A DNA stretch of 64,000 bases from Myxococcota bacterium (lineage in GTDB: Bacteria; Myxococcota_A; UBA796; UBA2385): positions 256,001-320,000 of the forward strand of contig JBIJDH010000003.1 in NCBI GenBank assembly GCA_044344255.1. The letters are read 5' to 3'. Under the pieces are notes generated by a model. It had not been told where the DNA came from. It did no database searches and saw only the letters and a program-made list of their open reading frames with translations. A program made the translations under genes and the position numbers. This document shows positions 18,526 through 27,805 of the stretch, one piece after another; position 1 is the stretch's first letter; each line of letters starts with the position of its first letter.

Positions 18526-19560
18526 ATGGAGGAGCGGCGCTGGTCTGAGGCGGCCGCGACCTTTGAGCTGTTGGCGGAGCGGGCTCGGCAACGGGGGGAC
18601 CGCTCGACCGCGCAGCAGGCCTGGGCCCTCGCCGGAGACGCCCTCCGACGCGATGATCGGGTAGCGGCGGGGGCACGGGCGCTCCGGCGGGCACTCGACC
18701 TCCTCGATCGCGGCGACGGCGCGGCCCTCGAGCGGCGTGGACTCGCTGAGGTGGAGCTGGCCAGCCTCCTCGTCCAGGCGGGAGCGATCGAGGCCGGGGC
18801 GACCCTCTGCCGAGAGCGATCGGCGGGGCCCTGCTCGGCCGGGCTGCGCGCGCTCGCCCTCGATGGCCTCTGTGGGGCGCGCTTGCTCCAAGGTCGGCTT
18901 GCCGACGCGCTCGGCGCGATGGCGGAGCTCGAGGCCGTCTGCCCCCCGTCTGCCCGCCCGGCGGTCTGGTTTCGACGCGCCGCCGAGGCGAGGCTCGGCG
19001 GTGACCTCGCCTGCGCGCAAGCCCACCTCGATCGGGTGCTGGCGGAGGCCCCCGCTGGTGCCGACTGGAGCGGGCCGCGGGCCGCGGCGGCAGAGGAGCA
19101 GGGTGAGCTGGCCCTCCTGCGGGGTGACCTCGATCGCGCGGCGAGCTGGCTGGACGATGCGGCGCGGGGCTGGACCGCCGCGGGGCGGCGCTCCGCGCTC
19201 TATCGAGTGGAGGCCGCGTCGGTGCGGGTCCAGCTCACGGCCGGCGCGCTCCCGCTGGCCGCCGTGTTGGACGGGCCGGTCGAGTATGCGGCGGAGCGGG
19301 GCTTGCTCCTGCTGGAGGTCGAGCTCCGGCGGGCCCGCGGAGCCGCGCGCAGCCGACTGGGCCTCGATGGCGCGTCCGATCTGGACCTCGCCGTCTCGTT
19401 GGCCGAGCAGAGCGGGGCGGTGCTCGCGGAGGGATATGCCCGTTTCACCCGTCTCCGCTGCCTCGCGCGCGGCTCAGAGGGGCCGCGGCTCGCGCAGTGC
19501 CTCTCCTCCGATCGGGTCCTGTCCGGCTGGCTGGACCGCCCCGGGGACGCCCCCTGGTGA
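18526..19560 (+). CDS. Hypothetical TPR-like helical repeat protein
   Basis: Ala/Leu/Arg helical repeats such as 'GELALLRGDLDRAASWLDDA'. Confidence 0.5.
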   Translation: MEERRWSEAAATFELLAERARQRGDRSTAQQAWALAGDALRRDDRVAAGARALRRALDLLDRGDGAALERRGLAEVELASLLVQAGAIEAGATLCRERSAGPCSAGLRALALDGLCGARLLQGRLADALGAMAELEAVCPPSARPAVWFRRAAEARLGGDLACAQAHLDRVLAEAPAGADWSGPRAAAAEEQGELALLRGDLDRAASWLDDAARGWTAAGRRSALYRVEAASVRVQLTAGALPLAAVLDGPVEYAAERGLLLLEVELRRARGAARSRLGLDGASDLDLAVSLAEQSGAVLAEGYARFTRLRCLARGSEGPRLAQCLSSDRVLSGWLDRPGDAPW

Positions 19561-20667
19561 GCCTCCGGCGGCGCGAGGGTGAGCGAGGGCCTCGGCCGCG
19601 TGCCAGCGGAGCTCTGGATCGGGGCTCCGATCTCGGAGCTCGGTGAAGAGCGCCCGCTCCTCTGGCTCACCGCCCGGGAGCCCCGCGGCGCGGAGGAGGC
19701 GCATCGCGGTCCAGCGGACGCGCGGGCGGGGATCGTCGAGGGCGGACAGGAAGACCGCGCCGCCTTGTGCGGGGTCCCAGAACAGGGCCTCGAGCGCGGC
19801 GATGATCACGTCCTCCTCCACGGTCTCCCCGACCAGGCGCACCCCACCGCCATAGAGCGGGACATGGGGTAGGCCGCGCTCCCCGGGGGACAGGATCGGG
19901 GTGGCATAGCGGCCGAAGGGCGCGCCCGCAGGGAGGGCTGGGCCGGTGGGGGCCGGAGCGGCCCGCTGCCAAATGGTCAGCACCTCGGCGGGGAGAGTGC
20001 CCGGGCGGATCCGCACCACCTCGATGGCGAAGCCGGTGCGGAGCACGGCGCCGAGCGGATCGTCGAGGTGGGCGGGGTCGGGATCGGTCTCGCCCCGGCC
20101 CACGTAGAGGTTGTAGCCGAAGCGGGCGAGCACGAGGTCGCGACCCTCGCCTTCGAGGCCGTCGCCGGCCCCCGCGAGCGCGGCCTCCACGCCCGACCGC
20201 AGCTCTTCGGCGGCGGCCCGCAGGGTCTCTGGATCGGCGCTCGGACGGAGTGCGGGATCGGCCGGCAGGCGCCAGGCGGTGTGGGTCAGGCAGTTGCGGC
20301 CGAACCAGCCCGCCGCCCGGCAGTGACGGAGGGCGGACAGAGTCTGTCCGGCTCGGCCGAGCTCCTCGCCCGCTCGAAAGTGGCACTCCTCTTGCCAGGT
20401 CCCGGGTGGCACGGCGGCGCAGAGGGCGTCGGCGGCGGCGCTGTCCCCCGATGCCGCAGCCAGCGCCGCGGCTTGCACCCAGCATGTGGTGGCGAGCTCG
20501 GGGAAGGTCTCGCGGTCGCAGGCGGCGATCAGGGCGGGCAGCTCACGCGGCCAGGGGGCGAGGGCGAGGGCGGCGGGGTCTCCGTCGTCGCAGGCGAGGA
20601 GCAGGATCGCGAGCGGCCAACCCGCTCGGCGGCGGGCGGCGTGGGTGCGCGTGGGGGCGCCGCTCAT
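19474..20667 (-). CDS. Hypothetical lipoprotein with Cys-spaced helical repeats and HEAT-like C-terminus
   Basis: ATG at 20667 overlapping the upstream stop; lipobox-like 'ILLLAC'; HEAT-like 'LDDPRPRVRWTAMRLL' and 'SPDPELRWHAAEAL'. Confidence 0.5.
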   Translation of the reverse strand: MSGAPTRTHAARRRAGWPLAILLLACDDGDPAALALAPWPRELPALIAACDRETFPELATTCWVQAAALAAASGDSAAADALCAAVPPGTWQEECHFRAGEELGRAGQTLSALRHCRAAGWFGRNCLTHTAWRLPADPALRPSADPETLRAAAEELRSGVEAALAGAGDGLEGEGRDLVLARFGYNLYVGRGETDPDPAHLDDPLGAVLRTGFAIEVVRIRPGTLPAEVLTIWQRAAPAPTGPALPAGAPFGRYATPILSPGERGLPHVPLYGGGVRLVGETVEEDVIIAALEALFWDPAQGGAVFLSALDDPRPRVRWTAMRLLRAAGLPGGEPEERALFTELRDRSPDPELRWHAAEALAHPRAAGGSPGGVPGAVQPAGQDPIGGEALREPRPL

Positions 20668-21053
20668 CCCGGCGGCTGCGGGGGGCGGCGGGTAGTCTGC
20701 AGGTGCGGCCGCCCGACCACCTGCTGGCACTTCTCCTGGGCCTGCGCGGTGCGGGTCCGCGCGCAGAGCCGCGCCCCCTGGTCGGGTCGCGTGATCGCGA
20801 GGCGCAGCAGGAGGAGGTCGTGGCTGGCGTCGTCCGCGATGGCGGCGAGGGCCCGGTTCAGGGCGGGCTCGTCGTCCACGAGGGGGAGGGTCAGGGTGTA
20901 ACGACACTCCTCTCGATCGGCGGCGAGGGATAGGGTCTCACAGTCCGGGCGCCCCTCGCGCGCCGCCCCGCCGCAGGCCAGGGCGCCGAGGGGAGCCAGG
21001 AGCAGCCCGAACCGCTGCTGCAGGCGACGCGCTTCCAATCGGGCCGCTCTCAT
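20664..21053 (-). CDS. Small hypothetical lipoprotein
   Basis: Lipobox-like 'GALAC'; paired Cys; overlaps both neighbours by 4 bp. Confidence 0.5.
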   Translation of the reverse strand: MRAARLEARRLQQRFGLLLAPLGALACGGAAREGRPDCETLSLAADREECRYTLTLPLVDDEPALNRALAAIADDASHDLLLLRLAITRPDQGARLCARTRTAQAQEKCQQVVGRPHLQTTRRPPQPPG

Positions 21054-21973
21054 GGATCAAAGGGCATCCGGGGCCCCCAGCTCACCGACTCCCCGGCGGT
21101 GATCGCCTTGAAGTTGGCCCGACCGATCGCGGCGTCTCCGCTCGACACGCAGCGCTCGTAGGCCGCGGCCTCGATGTCCGAGCGCTCCGTGTGGGTGCGG
21201 CCGATGCTGGCCAACAGGCCCTCCTTGAAGGCGCCGACCGCGGTCGGGGAGCGTCGAGCGACCAGGAGGGCGAGCTGCCAGGCTCGCTCCAGCGCCGCCT
21301 CCTGGGTGGCGGCCTGCTCCTGGACGAGGCCGATGCGGCAGGCCTCGGTCGCGTCGATGCGCTCGCCGGTCATGCCCAGGCGGAGCGCCTGAGCGGGGCC
21401 GATGAGCGACCAGAGCTCGCTCGTGCCGCCGGCGCCCGGTAGGATGCCGATGCCCGTCTCGGGGAGCGCGAACTGGCCGTTGGGACCGCTGATCCGGTAG
21501 TCGGCTGTGATCAGGAACTCCGTCCCCCAGCCGAGCGCGACGCCATCCACCACCGCGATGTGGAAGACCGGCGCCCGGCGGAGCCGCTGCAACACGCTGC
21601 GCTGGTATCGCACGTGGGCCCGGATCTGGTCGTCGGACCAGCCCACCCGTTCGGTGACGTTGGCGCCGGAGATGAAGATCGGTGTGCCGGAGGCGCTGCG
21701 GCGACGGCTCCAGGTGATCAGGGCTCGGACCTCCCCGGACTCGAGGTGCTTGGTGAGCGCCTCCCACTCCTCGAGCTCGGCGCGCCCCATCTCATTGGCG
21801 CGCCCGTGGTTGAGCTCCACGGAGAGCACCCGCGGATCCGAGCTGCCGGTCGAGCTCGCCAGCGCGGCGCTCACGCGGAGGCTGCGCGTGGGGGGGGGAG
21901 AGCTGTGTGTGGGGGAGCTTGGGAGCGGAGCGCTGAGGGGCCCCGGGGCGGGATCGGCGATGTCGGTGCTCAT
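21050..21973 (-). CDS. Enoyl-CoA hydratase/isomerase (crotonase) family protein
   Basis: 'FISGAN', 'DGVALGWGTE', 'FALPETGIGILPGAGGT', 'MTGERIDATEACRIGLV'. Confidence 0.9.
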   Translation of the reverse strand: MSTDIADPAPGPLSAPLPSSPTHSSPPPTRSLRVSAALASSTGSSDPRVLSVELNHGRANEMGRAELEEWEALTKHLESGEVRALITWSRRRSASGTPIFISGANVTERVGWSDDQIRAHVRYQRSVLQRLRRAPVFHIAVVDGVALGWGTEFLITADYRISGPNGQFALPETGIGILPGAGGTSELWSLIGPAQALRLGMTGERIDATEACRIGLVQEQAATQEAALERAWQLALLVARRSPTAVGAFKEGLLASIGRTHTERSDIEAAAYERCVSSGDAAIGRANFKAITAGESVSWGPRMPFDP

Positions 21974-22067
21974 CCTGGGGCCCTAACTCCCTCGGAGACG
22001 CGACCGCACCGTCACAGGCGGCGGCATGCCGGTGAGGTTATCGCCCAAGGAGCAAGTCGAGGCCCCC

Positions 22068-22634
22068 ATGCTGCACCCTTCCGCGACTCCCGTTGTCCCG
22101 TCCGCGGTGCTCGGCTCTCTCTCGGGCCGCTCGGCGGCGCTCTGCGCGGCGCTCTGTCTCGGCGCTTGTGCGAAGGAGGTGAGCCTCGAGGGGAGCTGGT
22201 CGGGCACGCTCGTGTGTGACGCGGCCTCCTATGAGTTCACCGATGAGGACGGTGAGCCCTACACCGTGGAGGTCGCGAGCTACGATGTCCTCACCACGCT
22301 CTCCCTCGAGGCCCCGAACGAGGATCGGATCTACCGAGGGCTGCTGGAGAGCAACGCGACCTACGAGGCCGATGACTCTCGGAGGCAGAGGCCCTTCCTC
22401 TACGAGACCCTCCGCGCCTATGACGTGGAGCTCACCCAGAAGTATGGCTCCGGCCAGCAGGGGGTGGAGCTCGTCGAGGTCTGCGGTGAGGCGCGCGTGA
22501 CGGTAGACGGGGACGTGATCTCCGACACCTGCGAGGAGGTCGATGATCCAGGCGGGATCGAGGTCTTCATCTGGGACGGTGAGGATGAGCTCGCCGTTCA
22601 ACGAACCACCTGCGCCGGCGCCCTGAGCCGCTGA
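22068..22634 (+). CDS. Hypothetical acidic lipoprotein
   Basis: Lipobox-like 'LCLGAC', 'LEGSWSGTLVC'; start could be 22026 or 22068. Confidence 0.55.
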   Translation: MLHPSATPVVPSAVLGSLSGRSAALCAALCLGACAKEVSLEGSWSGTLVCDAASYEFTDEDGEPYTVEVASYDVLTTLSLEAPNEDRIYRGLLESNATYEADDSRRQRPFLYETLRAYDVELTQKYGSGQQGVELVEVCGEARVTVDGDVISDTCEEVDDPGGIEVFIWDGEDELAVQRTTCAGALSR

Positions 22635-22643
22635 GGGAGCGCT

Positions 22644-24701
22644 GTGGGCTTGGATCTACGACGGGTCGCGCGGGTCTTCGGCGGAGGTCGCTCCGGTGAG
22701 GCGACCGCCTGCGCCCGCGCCCTCACCGTGCTCGCAGGCCGCACCCTCTCGGTCGAGCTGCTCCCGGGCGGCACCGCGGAGCTCACGCGCGCCGCGCTCA
22801 CGGCGCGCGCGATCGCCGTTCAAGATCCAGTCCCTTGGCCCTGTGCGGTGATGCGTCAGCTGGATCCCGACGATCCGGCCTTTCTGCCCGCGATCGGCCT
22901 CCACCCGGTGCTGGCCGCGCGGGACCGCTCCCGGCTCGGCCTGCCGGGTCGCCCCCGCACGGCCTGGGTCGACCCCGCGGGTTGGAGCGGCCTCGAAGGG
23001 GGGCCCTCGGTGACGGTCTGGTTCGCGGATGGCGCCGAGGCCTCCTGCGTGGGGCGCCAGCCCGGCTTCTCCTCGGCGGGGGCCGCGCCCGTCCTGCAGC
23101 GCCGGAGCCCGGACGGGGTGGGCCTGGAGACCATCACCACCGTCGGCGCCCTCGAGCTCCGGCTCGAACATTGGCCGGTGGTGGTGCAGGGGGCCCTCGC
23201 CTGGGCGATCCAGGCCACCCTGCTCAACCTGAGCGAACGCCCGAGCGCGGCCCGCTTGGCCTTCGCGATCCGCCCCGCCGGCTTCGACGGGGTGGCGCCC
23301 ATCTTCCAGCTCGACCGCGACGCGCAAGGCACCTGGAAGGCCGACGAGACGCCCCTGCTCGCGTTCTCCCGCCCCGGCGACGAGCTCCTGACCGGCCGAC
23401 ACTCCGATCCAGACCCCTGGCTGCGCTTCTCCGGCCTCGCCCCTGCGCAGCCCGTGCCCGTCGGTCGGATCGAGCTCCACTGCGGCGCCGGGCTGGCCAC
23501 GGCGGCGGAGGTGTGGCGAATCCCCCTCCAGCCGGGGGAGCGCACCTCCCGCCTCGCGATCCTCGGGCCGCCCACCGAGGCCGCCTCCGCCCTCACCCGG
23601 ACGAACGGCGCCTCGCTTCGCCGCAGCGCGGCCGCCGATCGGGACGGCCTGCTCGCCTCTGGTTGCCAGATTGAGCTCCGGGAACACACGAGCCTCCTCG
23701 CCGCCGCCCGTGATCGCCTGTTGGATGAGCCGGTCCGGGGCGACCTCGCCGCCTGCCTCGGCGCCGTCGCGCTCGCTCGGCTGGGCTTTGTTCGGCGTGC
23801 GGAGGAGCGGATCGGCGGCTGGCTCGACGAGGTGGGCCGCGACGGCCGCATCCCGGGCTCGGACCACGAAGAGGGGGCGGTCCTCGCCTGGGCCGCGGCG
23901 GAGCTCCGCACCTGGACCGGCGACCGAGGCTGGGCCCGCGAGCATGACGAAGGTTGGCTGCGCATCCTCGACCGCTTGTCGGAGGGGGCCCTCGAGCCGG
24001 GCGGCCACGCCCTCTTCGGCCCAGATGGCAGCATCCGCTGGACCACGATCTGGGCCACCGCCGCGCTGTTGTCGAGCGCCGCCGCGCTGCGCGGCCAACG
24101 AGAGGAGCACGGAGAGCTCGCCCTCGCCGGGGGCCGCCTCCGAGAGGGCCTCCTCGGCGTCCTCGGGGAGGCCCCCTGGTCGGCCTCGCCGGGCCGCGCC
24201 CCGGATGGCTCGAGCGCGGCGCTGCTCGCCGCGGTCTGGCTCGGCCTCGTCCCGCCGGATGCCCCGGCCGTGACTCGCACCCTCGACCATGTGCGGGCTC
24301 GTTGCTGGCACGGCGGTGGAGTGCTGCTCCAAGGCGGGGCGCACGTCGGCGCGACCTCGCTCTTCGCCGCCGTCGAGGCGCGGCTCGACCCTCGCTTCGA
24401 CCCCCTCGCCCGCATCGCACCTCTGGCGTCGCCCACCGGGGCCCTCCCCACCGCCCGTCACCCGGCGCGGGGCGCGGTCGGCGAAGGGGATGACGCGCTC
24501 TCCGCCGCCCTCTTCGTGCTGCTGGTCCTCGACTGTGTGCAGGTAGACCGTGGGGTCATCGCGATCGGCCGCGGGCTGTCGCGGGCCCGCGACCTGCCGA
24601 CGCCGTACGGTCGCCTCGACGTCGACCTCCTGGACGACGGCCGGCGGGTCGTGACCGGGCGCTGGCGTGGCGCGCCGCCCCAGGTCCTGATCCGCGACTG
24701 A
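22644..24701 (+). CDS. Hypothetical protein, possibly six-hairpin glycosidase-like
   Basis: Beta-rich N-half ('LLNLSERPSAARLAFAIRP') and helical C-half ('ELRTWTGDRGWARE'), ending 'LPTPYGRLDV' as in (alpha/alpha)6 glycoside hydrolases; catalytic residues not identifiable. Confidence 0.4.
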   Translation: MGLDLRRVARVFGGGRSGEATACARALTVLAGRTLSVELLPGGTAELTRAALTARAIAVQDPVPWPCAVMRQLDPDDPAFLPAIGLHPVLAARDRSRLGLPGRPRTAWVDPAGWSGLEGGPSVTVWFADGAEASCVGRQPGFSSAGAAPVLQRRSPDGVGLETITTVGALELRLEHWPVVVQGALAWAIQATLLNLSERPSAARLAFAIRPAGFDGVAPIFQLDRDAQGTWKADETPLLAFSRPGDELLTGRHSDPDPWLRFSGLAPAQPVPVGRIELHCGAGLATAAEVWRIPLQPGERTSRLAILGPPTEAASALTRTNGASLRRSAAADRDGLLASGCQIELREHTSLLAAARDRLLDEPVRGDLAACLGAVALARLGFVRRAEERIGGWLDEVGRDGRIPGSDHEEGAVLAWAAAELRTWTGDRGWAREHDEGWLRILDRLSEGALEPGGHALFGPDGSIRWTTIWATAALLSSAAALRGQREEHGELALAGGRLREGLLGVLGEAPWSASPGRAPDGSSAALLAAVWLGLVPPDAPAVTRTLDHVRARCWHGGGVLLQGGAHVGATSLFAAVEARLDPRFDPLARIAPLASPTGALPTARHPARGAVGEGDDALSAALFVLLVLDCVQVDRGVIAIGRGLSRARDLPTPYGRLDVDLLDDGRRVVTGRWRGAPPQVLIRD

Positions 24702-24729
24702 GCGGCGACCAGGTCGCGCGGCGGTCTGC

Positions 24730-26274
24730 TCATTCTGCGGTGCGCGTGTCCTTGCCCCAGGCCCAGGTGAGGCCGACGCTGGCCATCGCGATCGAGGACT
24801 TGAACTTGCCGTTCCCGACCACCTTGCCGTTGGTGATCGGGTACTCGACGTCTGGGTTGGAGGCCGTCAGCGGATCGATGGCCACCTCGAGGCGCCGCAC
24901 GTCGCTGTCCTTGATGTCGATCTCGGGCATGAAGCTGCCGAGCCCGCCGATGTCGACCGTGAGGTGCTTGCCGGCCTTCACCGAGCCGCCGAGGCCGAAG
25001 CCGATCTTGTTGCCGTCGGCGAGGTTTACGCCCTGGGTGGCGTCGGGCACGCCGCTCGTCTCATAGAAGACGCCGCCGCGCAGGCGGACGGGGTCGGCGA
25101 CGTCATAATGCCCGCCCAGGCGTACGCTCCAGGCGTCCTGGTAGTTCGCCGGCAGGTAGACCGGCCCGTTGATGCTCGTCCCGTCGGGGGGGAGCTTGAT
25201 GAGGGGGTCGGTGTTGTCGGGATCGGCGGCCAGGTGCACGGAGAGATCGTCGATGGTGATGGTCTCGGTCTGGCTCCAGCGCTGGAAGACGCCCGCGAGC
25301 TCGATCTCCGAGCGGTCGGTGGGCCGAATGGCGACGCCGCTGCGGAGGGTGAGAGGGAGCTGGAGCCGAACGCTGATGTCATCGTCGCTGAGCGGCTCCT
25401 CTTCGAGGGCCACGAGCAGCCAGTGGTCGTCCGCGGTGACCCCATCCTGCTTCTTGCCCTCGGCGTCCACCGTGAGGCTCCCGTCACCGTCCACCTTCAT
25501 CGGAGGCATCACGCTCAAGCCGATGCTGATCCACGGCTTGGGCTCGATGAGCACGCCGGCGTTCCACGTGAGCGTCCATCGGTCGAGCATCTTCATCGCG
25601 ATGTCCACGCGGTCGTTGCCCGCCGTGTCCCCGCCGATCGCGACAGGCTCCTCGGGGCAGCCGGCGTCGGCGGTGCCGGTGGTGGAGCCGTCTCCGTCGA
25701 GATCGTCGGACTTGTTGTCCAGGCAGAGCTCGATGGCCAGCGACTGTTCGGCCCGCATCAAGGACCAGGCCACGCCGCCGCCGACCGTGAGCCAGGGCAG
25801 CGGGCGCCAAGCGGCCGAGGGGCCGGCCCAGGTCTGCCAGACGAGGGCGTCGACCAGCGTGTTGTTCTGCGGTCCGTCGGACGGCCAGGCCATGTCGGGC
25901 GAGAACGGGGTGTAGAGGCCGAAGGCGAAGTAGGCGTTCTTCAGCCCGAAGTTGTGACCCACGCTGAGGGCGGGGATCTCCATCGGGTTGAAGTCGTTCT
26001 CGACCGCGTCGTACTCCTGGGACACCGCGCCGTCGAGCCCGTAGTCCACGCGCTCGAAGCGTACGAATTGGTGCACCTCGGAGAAGTTCAGCATCGCCTG
26101 GGGGCGGCCGAGGTGGATCAGACCGGCCGGGTTGTAGTACTGGGCCGAGAGATCGTCGACGCCGGCGACGAAGGCGCCGCCTCGGGCCATCCCGCGGGTG
26201 CCCACGTCGAGGAAGTAGTACGCGGAGGCGTGGGCGGAGCCGGACAGTCCGGCGAGGGCGAGAAGTGCGAGCAC
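24730..26274 (-). CDS. OmpP1/FadL family outer membrane transporter
   Basis: Signal peptide ending AHA, then 'GTRGMARGGAFVAGVDDLSAQYYNPAGL', 'NYQDAWSVRLGGHY', 'LRGGVFYETS'. GTG start at 26274 after GGAGG (26280 is an alternative). Confidence 0.88.
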   Translation of the reverse strand: MLALLALAGLSGSAHASAYYFLDVGTRGMARGGAFVAGVDDLSAQYYNPAGLIHLGRPQAMLNFSEVHQFVRFERVDYGLDGAVSQEYDAVENDFNPMEIPALSVGHNFGLKNAYFAFGLYTPFSPDMAWPSDGPQNNTLVDALVWQTWAGPSAAWRPLPWLTVGGGVAWSLMRAEQSLAIELCLDNKSDDLDGDGSTTGTADAGCPEEPVAIGGDTAGNDRVDIAMKMLDRWTLTWNAGVLIEPKPWISIGLSVMPPMKVDGDGSLTVDAEGKKQDGVTADDHWLLVALEEEPLSDDDISVRLQLPLTLRSGVAIRPTDRSEIELAGVFQRWSQTETITIDDLSVHLAADPDNTDPLIKLPPDGTSINGPVYLPANYQDAWSVRLGGHYDVADPVRLRGGVFYETSGVPDATQGVNLADGNKIGFGLGGSVKAGKHLTVDIGGLGSFMPEIDIKDSDVRRLEVAIDPLTASNPDVEYPITNGKVVGNGKFKSSIAMASVGLTWAWGKDTRTAE

Positions 26275-26517
26275 GAACACCTCCGAGAGCGGGAGCACAC
26301 TCGGGTGGGCCCGCCGCGCGGACCCGGTGGAGATCCCGAGGGCCCTCCTGTATACCAGGAAGCTCACCCGCCGTGGAGCCACGGCCTCCATCCCCGCTCC
26401 AGCGACGAAGGCGGCCGTGGGGGCGCTCTGGGTGTCGCGCCCTCCGCGAGGCGGTAGAGTCTGGTCGGCGCCGGGGCGGCGCTGGCCCACTGTGTCGGGC
26501 CGAACGTTGGAGGGGCC

Positions 26518-27795
26518 ATGAACGCGACTGAACGCTGTCCGAGCTGCGCCCGTTCGAACGCCGTGACACGCCAAACCTGCCTCTATTGTGGCGCCAACCT
26601 TCCGGAACCCCGCCCGGCGGCGGCGCAGGGGCAGATCGAGCTTCCGCCGGATCTCGACGAGCTCGTCCGTCAGGCCTTGAGCGGCGGCAGCGTCTCCAAG
26701 GTCAAGGCCGCCCTCGATCAAGCGCGGACCGCCCGAGCTGCGACGGCGTCGGCCTCCCTCGCGGCTCCGAGCCCCCTCTCCGCAGGGCGTCCGGGCCGGC
26801 CTGAAGCCGCTTCGTCCGAGGCGCCGTCCGCTCCGGCCGCTCTCTCCTTAGATGTCCTGTTGGCCGAGCTTCGCGGCCTCTCGGAGCAGGCCGATGTGGC
26901 CTGGCGGGGGCGTCGTCCTTCGGAGGTGGTCGTCGCCCTGGGCGCGCTCCGTCGTACCCTCTCTCTGGTCGAGGCCCACCCAGGGCTGCGGGCAGCACCC
27001 CCGGGGGTGGTGCTGCCGCCGATCCGCCAACCCTGGATCCTGATCGTGGAGGGCGCCGGGGATGGCGGTCGAGCGGCGGCGATGGCCCTCGCCCTCGAGG
27101 TCGACAACGCGACGGCGAGGATGCTCGCCGTGGCCCGGTGCCCGCGGGTGGCCATGCGGGGTGACGATCGGGCGCACCTCACGCGCCTCTCGCGGCGGGT
27201 GGTTGAGATCGTCGGGGTTGGGGCCGCCGTCGCCAGCCGGGACGACTTGCTCTGCATCGGCCCCCCGCGCACCTGGCTGCGGGCGGATGGGCCGGGGCAG
27301 CTCTGGGTGACCGACGAGGCCGTGTGGTTCGGCGGGGCCGAGGGTGTCGATGGCCAGGCGGCGGAGGCGGGCCCGATCTACTTAGCCGTGCCCGGCGAGA
27401 TCGTGCACCGGCGGATCCGGAGCGGCCCGGAGCGGCGCGGGGGCCGCTCGACCGACCTCAATGAGCGACGGGTGGCGGTGCTCGATCTGCACGGCCCCCG
27501 TGAGTTCTATCGGCTGGTCGAGGGGGTCACCGAGACCGCCGGCCTGCCCGGCTTCGAGGTCAACGGCGCGCGGCGCTCCCTCCGTGGCTTCACCGAGCGC
27601 CTGGGCGAATGGTGGCCCGAGCTGACCGCAGTGGAGGGGCGGGTCTGTCAGCCCGGTGACGCGCCTTCGCCGAGCCCCACCGGTGAGCGGCCCGATGTGG
27701 TCGAGATCACCGGCTGGCCCCTTTGGGAGGAGCACACCCGCCTGTGCCGCCTCCTCGCCGGCTTGGGCGTGCCGGAAGCGCAGGCCATCGGCTGA
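26518..27795 (+). CDS. Hypothetical protein with N-terminal zinc ribbon
   Basis: 'CPSC...CLYCGANL'; GGAGG upstream of ATG. Confidence 0.6.
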   Translation: MNATERCPSCARSNAVTRQTCLYCGANLPEPRPAAAQGQIELPPDLDELVRQALSGGSVSKVKAALDQARTARAATASASLAAPSPLSAGRPGRPEAASSEAPSAPAALSLDVLLAELRGLSEQADVAWRGRRPSEVVVALGALRRTLSLVEAHPGLRAAPPGVVLPPIRQPWILIVEGAGDGGRAAAMALALEVDNATARMLAVARCPRVAMRGDDRAHLTRLSRRVVEIVGVGAAVASRDDLLCIGPPRTWLRADGPGQLWVTDEAVWFGGAEGVDGQAAEAGPIYLAVPGEIVHRRIRSGPERRGGRSTDLNERRVAVLDLHGPREFYRLVEGVTETAGLPGFEVNGARRSLRGFTERLGEWWPELTAVEGRVCQPGDAPSPSPTGERPDVVEITGWPLWEEHTRLCRLLAGLGVPEAQAIG

Positions 27796-27805
27796 TCGGG
27801 GGCCG

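Noticed and set aside
19474..19560. 87-bp convergent overlap between two hypothetical genes
   Set aside because: The overlapping tail is low-information sequence; stop-codon drift in GC-rich DNA explains it.
22656..24461. Many long overlapping or antisense ORFs in the track (e.g. 22656-24461 -, 36537-39008 -, 42503-44929 -, 55807-58155 -, 7214-9124 +)
   Set aside because: Shadow ORFs expected in high-GC DNA; they lie opposite better-supported genes and show no family motifs.
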